A program made the position numbers and the translations under genes. A stretch of 50,628 nucleotides of DNA, from the NCBI GenBank assembly GCA_964583985.1, contig CAZOYD010000020.1, positions 1 to 50,628 of the forward strand, written 5' to 3'. The notes under the pieces are model-generated. The model was not told the origin of the DNA. It saw nothing but the letters and a program-made list of their open reading frames with translations, and ran no database searches. Origin of the DNA: an uncultured archaeon (GTDB taxonomy: Archaea > Asgardarchaeota > Lokiarchaeia > Sigyniarchaeales > SOKP01). Shown in pieces: positions 47,764 through 50,628 of the stretch. Numbering within the stretch: the stretch's first letter is position 1; each line of letters begins with the position of its first letter.

Positions 47764-49023
47764 TTATTTGATTAGGACTTTTTCTATTATATTTAAAGCC
47801 CAATCGATTTCCTCTTTCGTAATTATTAAAGGAGGGGCAAATCTAATAGTCTTAGAATGAGTATGTTTAGCGAGTACTCCATTGTCCTTTAATAATTCGA
47901 CGATATGTCTTGCATCTGACTCAAATTCGACTGCCATTAAGAGTCCTTTGCCTCTAACTTCTTTTACTGGAAGGATAGTTTCCTTTTTTGCAATATTTTT
48001 AAGCCCTTCTAAGAAATACGCCCCCAATTCTTTGGCTCTTTGAGCTAAATGATCTTCAATGTGAAGTTCTATCGATTTCATAGCAACCGCACTAGCTAGA
48101 GGGTTCCCACCAAATGTTGATCCATGTGTGCCAGGCTTAATAACGTCAGGACCAATTATATCTCTAGTTGTGACCACCGCGGAAACAGGATATACGCCTC
48201 CTCCAAGTGCTTTTCCAAGTAACATCGCATCTGGCTTCACATTATCGTGGTCACATCCAAAAAATTCCCCAGTTCTTCCAAAACCAGTTTGGATCTCGTC
48301 AGCGATCATCAGAACATTGTATTTTGTACATATCTCTCTAACCTTTTTAACGTAGCCTTCAGGAGGTATTTTTATACCCGCTTCTCCCTGAATTGGTTCA
48401 AATAAAAACGCGGCTACTTTGTCAGCATCGATTTCTAAAATTGTATTTTCTAATTTTTCAGCATCTCCATATGGAATTATCACAAAACCGGGTGTATAAG
48501 GTCCGAAGTTCCCATAGTATCTTACAGCTGCAATATCCGTACTAAATCCTACTATTGCTATTGATCTTCCATGAAAATTATCTCGGCATACAATAATTTT
48601 GGCTTCGTTTTTAGGAATCTTCTTCTTGATATAACCCCACGCTCTGGCAACTTTTAATCCAGTAGAAACTGCTTCAGTTCCCGTGTTCATAGGCAACGCC
48701 ATTATTCCGGAATTATTTGGATCATTGATATGTTGCCCAACAACTTCACACAATTTTTTTACAAATGGTCCCATCTTATCGTTGTAGAATGCACGAGAAG
48801 TTAAAGCAACCGTATCTACTTGTTCTTTTAAAACTTTTATAATTTCTGGGTGACTATGCCCCAAATTTATGGCAGAATAAGCTGATAGACAATCAATATA
48901 CTTCTTCCCTTCGGGATCATAAACCCAGACACCTTTAGCTCTGCTAATAACAACGGGTATCGGGTGATAATTATGAGCACAGTATTTATCATCCATTTCC
49001 ATATAATCTTTTGAATTCAGCAT
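47764..49023 (-). CDS. rocD: Ornithine--oxo-acid aminotransferase (class III PLP enzyme)
   Basis: AHNYHPIPVV, DCLSAYSA, LTSRAF, PMNTGTEA, EPIQGEAG, DEIQTG, PLP Lys in LGKALGGG, HGSTFGGNPL. Confidence 0.92.
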   Translation of the reverse strand: MLNSKDYMEMDDKYCAHNYHPIPVVISRAKGVWVYDPEGKKYIDCLSAYSAINLGHSHPEIIKVLKEQVDTVALTSRAFYNDKMGPFVKKLCEVVGQHINDPNNSGIMALPMNTGTEAVSTGLKVARAWGYIKKKIPKNEAKIIVCRDNFHGRSIAIVGFSTDIAAVRYYGNFGPYTPGFVIIPYGDAEKLENTILEIDADKVAAFLFEPIQGEAGIKIPPEGYVKKVREICTKYNVLMIADEIQTGFGRTGEFFGCDHDNVKPDAMLLGKALGGGVYPVSAVVTTRDIIGPDVIKPGTHGSTFGGNPLASAVAMKSIELHIEDHLAQRAKELGAYFLEGLKNIAKKETILPVKEVRGKGLLMAVEFESDARHIVELLKDNGVLAKHTHSKTIRFAPPLIITKEEIDWALNIIEKVLIK

Positions 49024-49223
49024 GTGATTTCATATGTTTTTATTTATAAGGTTTTTAATAAGTATCTAAATTTATCTATACATCAAAATATATTAATGTT
49101 GGTTCAGAAAATCAATTGGGAATGCTGTGGGATTACTGAATTTAATATTATAATAAATTTTAAGATAAACTATTCAAATAATTAATAATTCAATATAATT
49201 TAATTAAGAAGATTGACGTGTAA

Positions 49224-50543
49224 ATGAAGTTAACCAATAAGTACATCTTCAATTTAATCATTGCAAATTTACTTTGGAGTCTTATTCCCATTGTTGTAAC
49301 GGGATTATTTGATGGAATTTCAATAATCACAATTATAATTCTTAGGTTTCTTACTTCGGGAATCATTTTATTTGTCATCGCTATTCTCATAGCATTTGTG
49401 AACAATCATTTTAATAAAGACGAAAAAATTCCCTTAAAAGACTATTTCTTGAATTTAAGGCACAAAAATAGGAGATTTTATGATATACGTACTTATAATT
49501 ACTATTTTCTCATTGGATTCTTCGGTATTATCTTACATATCATCTTTTTCTTTCTTGCTCTGAAAACAACCTCTATTCCTTTTACAATGATTGGTGCCTT
49601 ATTAACAATAATTTTTATAGTTTTTTATGAAAAAGGAGTAAATTACGAGAAGTTTGACATCTTTCGAATCCTTTTCATCTTAATGTTATCATTTGCCGTA
49701 ATAATTATTATTTCAGTATCTTTTAGGGGAGCACAATTAAATGGAAAACCAATTGAACCGATGGGAATGATTTATTTGATTTTATATTCAATTACAGGGT
49801 CATTTTTATATATAAGCATCGAAAGAGATTCTTACTCAAAAAATGAGTTAAGAAATATTAATAAAACTAAATATTATAAAATTCCACGCGCACTTATAAA
49901 ATTATCAATATCTTTCATATCAGGAGTGATAATTATGATTCCCGTTTTATTTTTATTTTTATTCATACCATTTGAAACTGACTTCACTCAAGAAACGGTT
50001 CACTTCTTTAAGGATCTTCTCTCGCTAAATTCCATTCTTTTCCGATGGGAAATTTTATATTTGATAATATTTGCTACGATTATACCTTATTTATTAATTT
50101 TTTTGGCTAATGTTAACTGGAAAACTACGAGCTTGACGTACAGCCAATGGAATAGCATATTAGGTTTAATCGAACCGACCAGTACCATAATTTTCGCAGT
50201 TCTATTATCAAATGCATATTTTCCACATGAATATCTAATAATTGTCATAATTTTTCTTGTCATAGCCGTTGTTTTAAGATATGCACATGAAGTTAGGAAT
50301 GTTATAAATGCTTATATCTTACTTAAGATCCAAAAAAGATCTTTATCCATACTACCAATCAAAATATTGAAATTTTATGGGATCAAGGAAATTTATTCAT
50401 TAATAGGTGAGTTTGATTTAATGGTGAAAGTTCAAGTAAATTCATTTAAAGACTTTCATTATTTAATAAATAGAAAATTAAAACCTTTAGATGAGATTTT
50501 GGAAGTGGAAGTACAATTTGTCAGTAAAAAAGAAAAGTTTTAG
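49224..50543 (+). CDS. EamA/DMT-family transporter fused to a C-terminal Lrp/AsnC ligand-binding (RAM) domain
   Basis: ANLLWSLIP, ILRFL, ALKTTS, ATIIPYLL, LIEP (EamA, about 10 TM). From residue ~360: AYILLKI...GIKEIYSLIGEFDLMVKV...LDEI (RAM). Confidence 0.78.
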   Translation: MKLTNKYIFNLIIANLLWSLIPIVVTGLFDGISIITIIILRFLTSGIILFVIAILIAFVNNHFNKDEKIPLKDYFLNLRHKNRRFYDIRTYNYYFLIGFFGIILHIIFFFLALKTTSIPFTMIGALLTIIFIVFYEKGVNYEKFDIFRILFILMLSFAVIIIISVSFRGAQLNGKPIEPMGMIYLILYSITGSFLYISIERDSYSKNELRNINKTKYYKIPRALIKLSISFISGVIIMIPVLFLFLFIPFETDFTQETVHFFKDLLSLNSILFRWEILYLIIFATIIPYLLIFLANVNWKTTSLTYSQWNSILGLIEPTSTIIFAVLLSNAYFPHEYLIIVIIFLVIAVVLRYAHEVRNVINAYILLKIQKRSLSILPIKILKFYGIKEIYSLIGEFDLMVKVQVNSFKDFHYLINRKLKPLDEILEVEVQFVSKKEKF

Positions 50544-50569
50544 ACCAACAAAAAAAAAGGAGCAATATC

Positions 50570-50628
50570 ATGAGAGCCATCATTTTATGCAAATTAGGAA
50601 TAAGTGTAATTAATAAAGTTATTAATGA
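50570..50628 (+). CDS. 5' fragment of the next gene, possibly a stand-alone Lrp/AsnC RAM-domain protein
   Basis: AAGGAG SD then ATG; MRAIILCKLGISVINKVIN is open to the window end and resembles a RAM beta1-alpha1 start. Confidence 0.35.
   Translation, partial: MRAIILCKLGISVINKVIN

Noticed and set aside
1248-49405. Numerous 60-120 aa antisense or alternate-frame ORFs in the ORF track (e.g. 9170-9535, 40149-40511, 43287-43607)
   Set aside because: They overlap well-supported genes and have no motifs; they are shadow ORFs expected from codon bias.
1-50628. Selenoprotein (in-frame TGA) read-through, tRNA/rRNA genes, transposases, integrases
   Set aside because: The TGA codons I examined (2422, 3179, 20093, 25587-25589, 34183) are not at Cys-equivalent catalytic positions. 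No GC-rich structured RNA or mobile-element gene was seen by eye; a covariance-model search was not run.

Overview
AT-rich, gene-dense archaeal chromosome segment, most likely from an Asgard archaeon of the Lokiarchaeia type. This assignment is inferred from a Rab-like small GTPase, a membrane-anchored NosD/beta-helix protein and an archaeal-type H-box kinase (HDMSNILQ). I found no rRNA, tRNA, CRISPR array or mobile element. In order, the window holds: a CocE/NonD hydrolase (partial) and a sulfatase-fold enzyme with a Thr nucleophile; a receiver protein plus a CheB-CheR-PAS-histidine kinase fusion; a Rab-like GTPase with a small CxxC partner; sucCD; flippase, GT4 and ADP-ribosylglycohydrolase; peroxiredoxin; two-subunit ATP-citrate lyase and isocitrate dehydrogenase; an accessory stretch (tandem-USP/PCP_red fusion with ABC exporter, orphan CydA-like protein, rubredoxin-membrane protein, flavin monooxygenase, UbiA/MenA prenyltransferase); and a P3A-type H+-ATPase. 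The strongest candidate for a new system is the ~12 kb block at 38.2-50.6 kb. It encodes an arginine synthetase (ArcE)-like P-loop enzyme, a tungsten-type aldehyde:ferredoxin oxidoreductase, a proline-dehydrogenase-like flavoprotein pair, a Giardia-like ornithine carbamoyltransferase, carbamate kinase, ornithine aminotransferase and an EamA transporter fused to an Lrp/AsnC (RAM) amino-acid-sensing domain. Together these suggest an ArcA-independent, energy-conserving arginine/proline catabolism converging on glutamate-5-semialdehyde. All family calls come from motif recognition by eye; no database searches were run.
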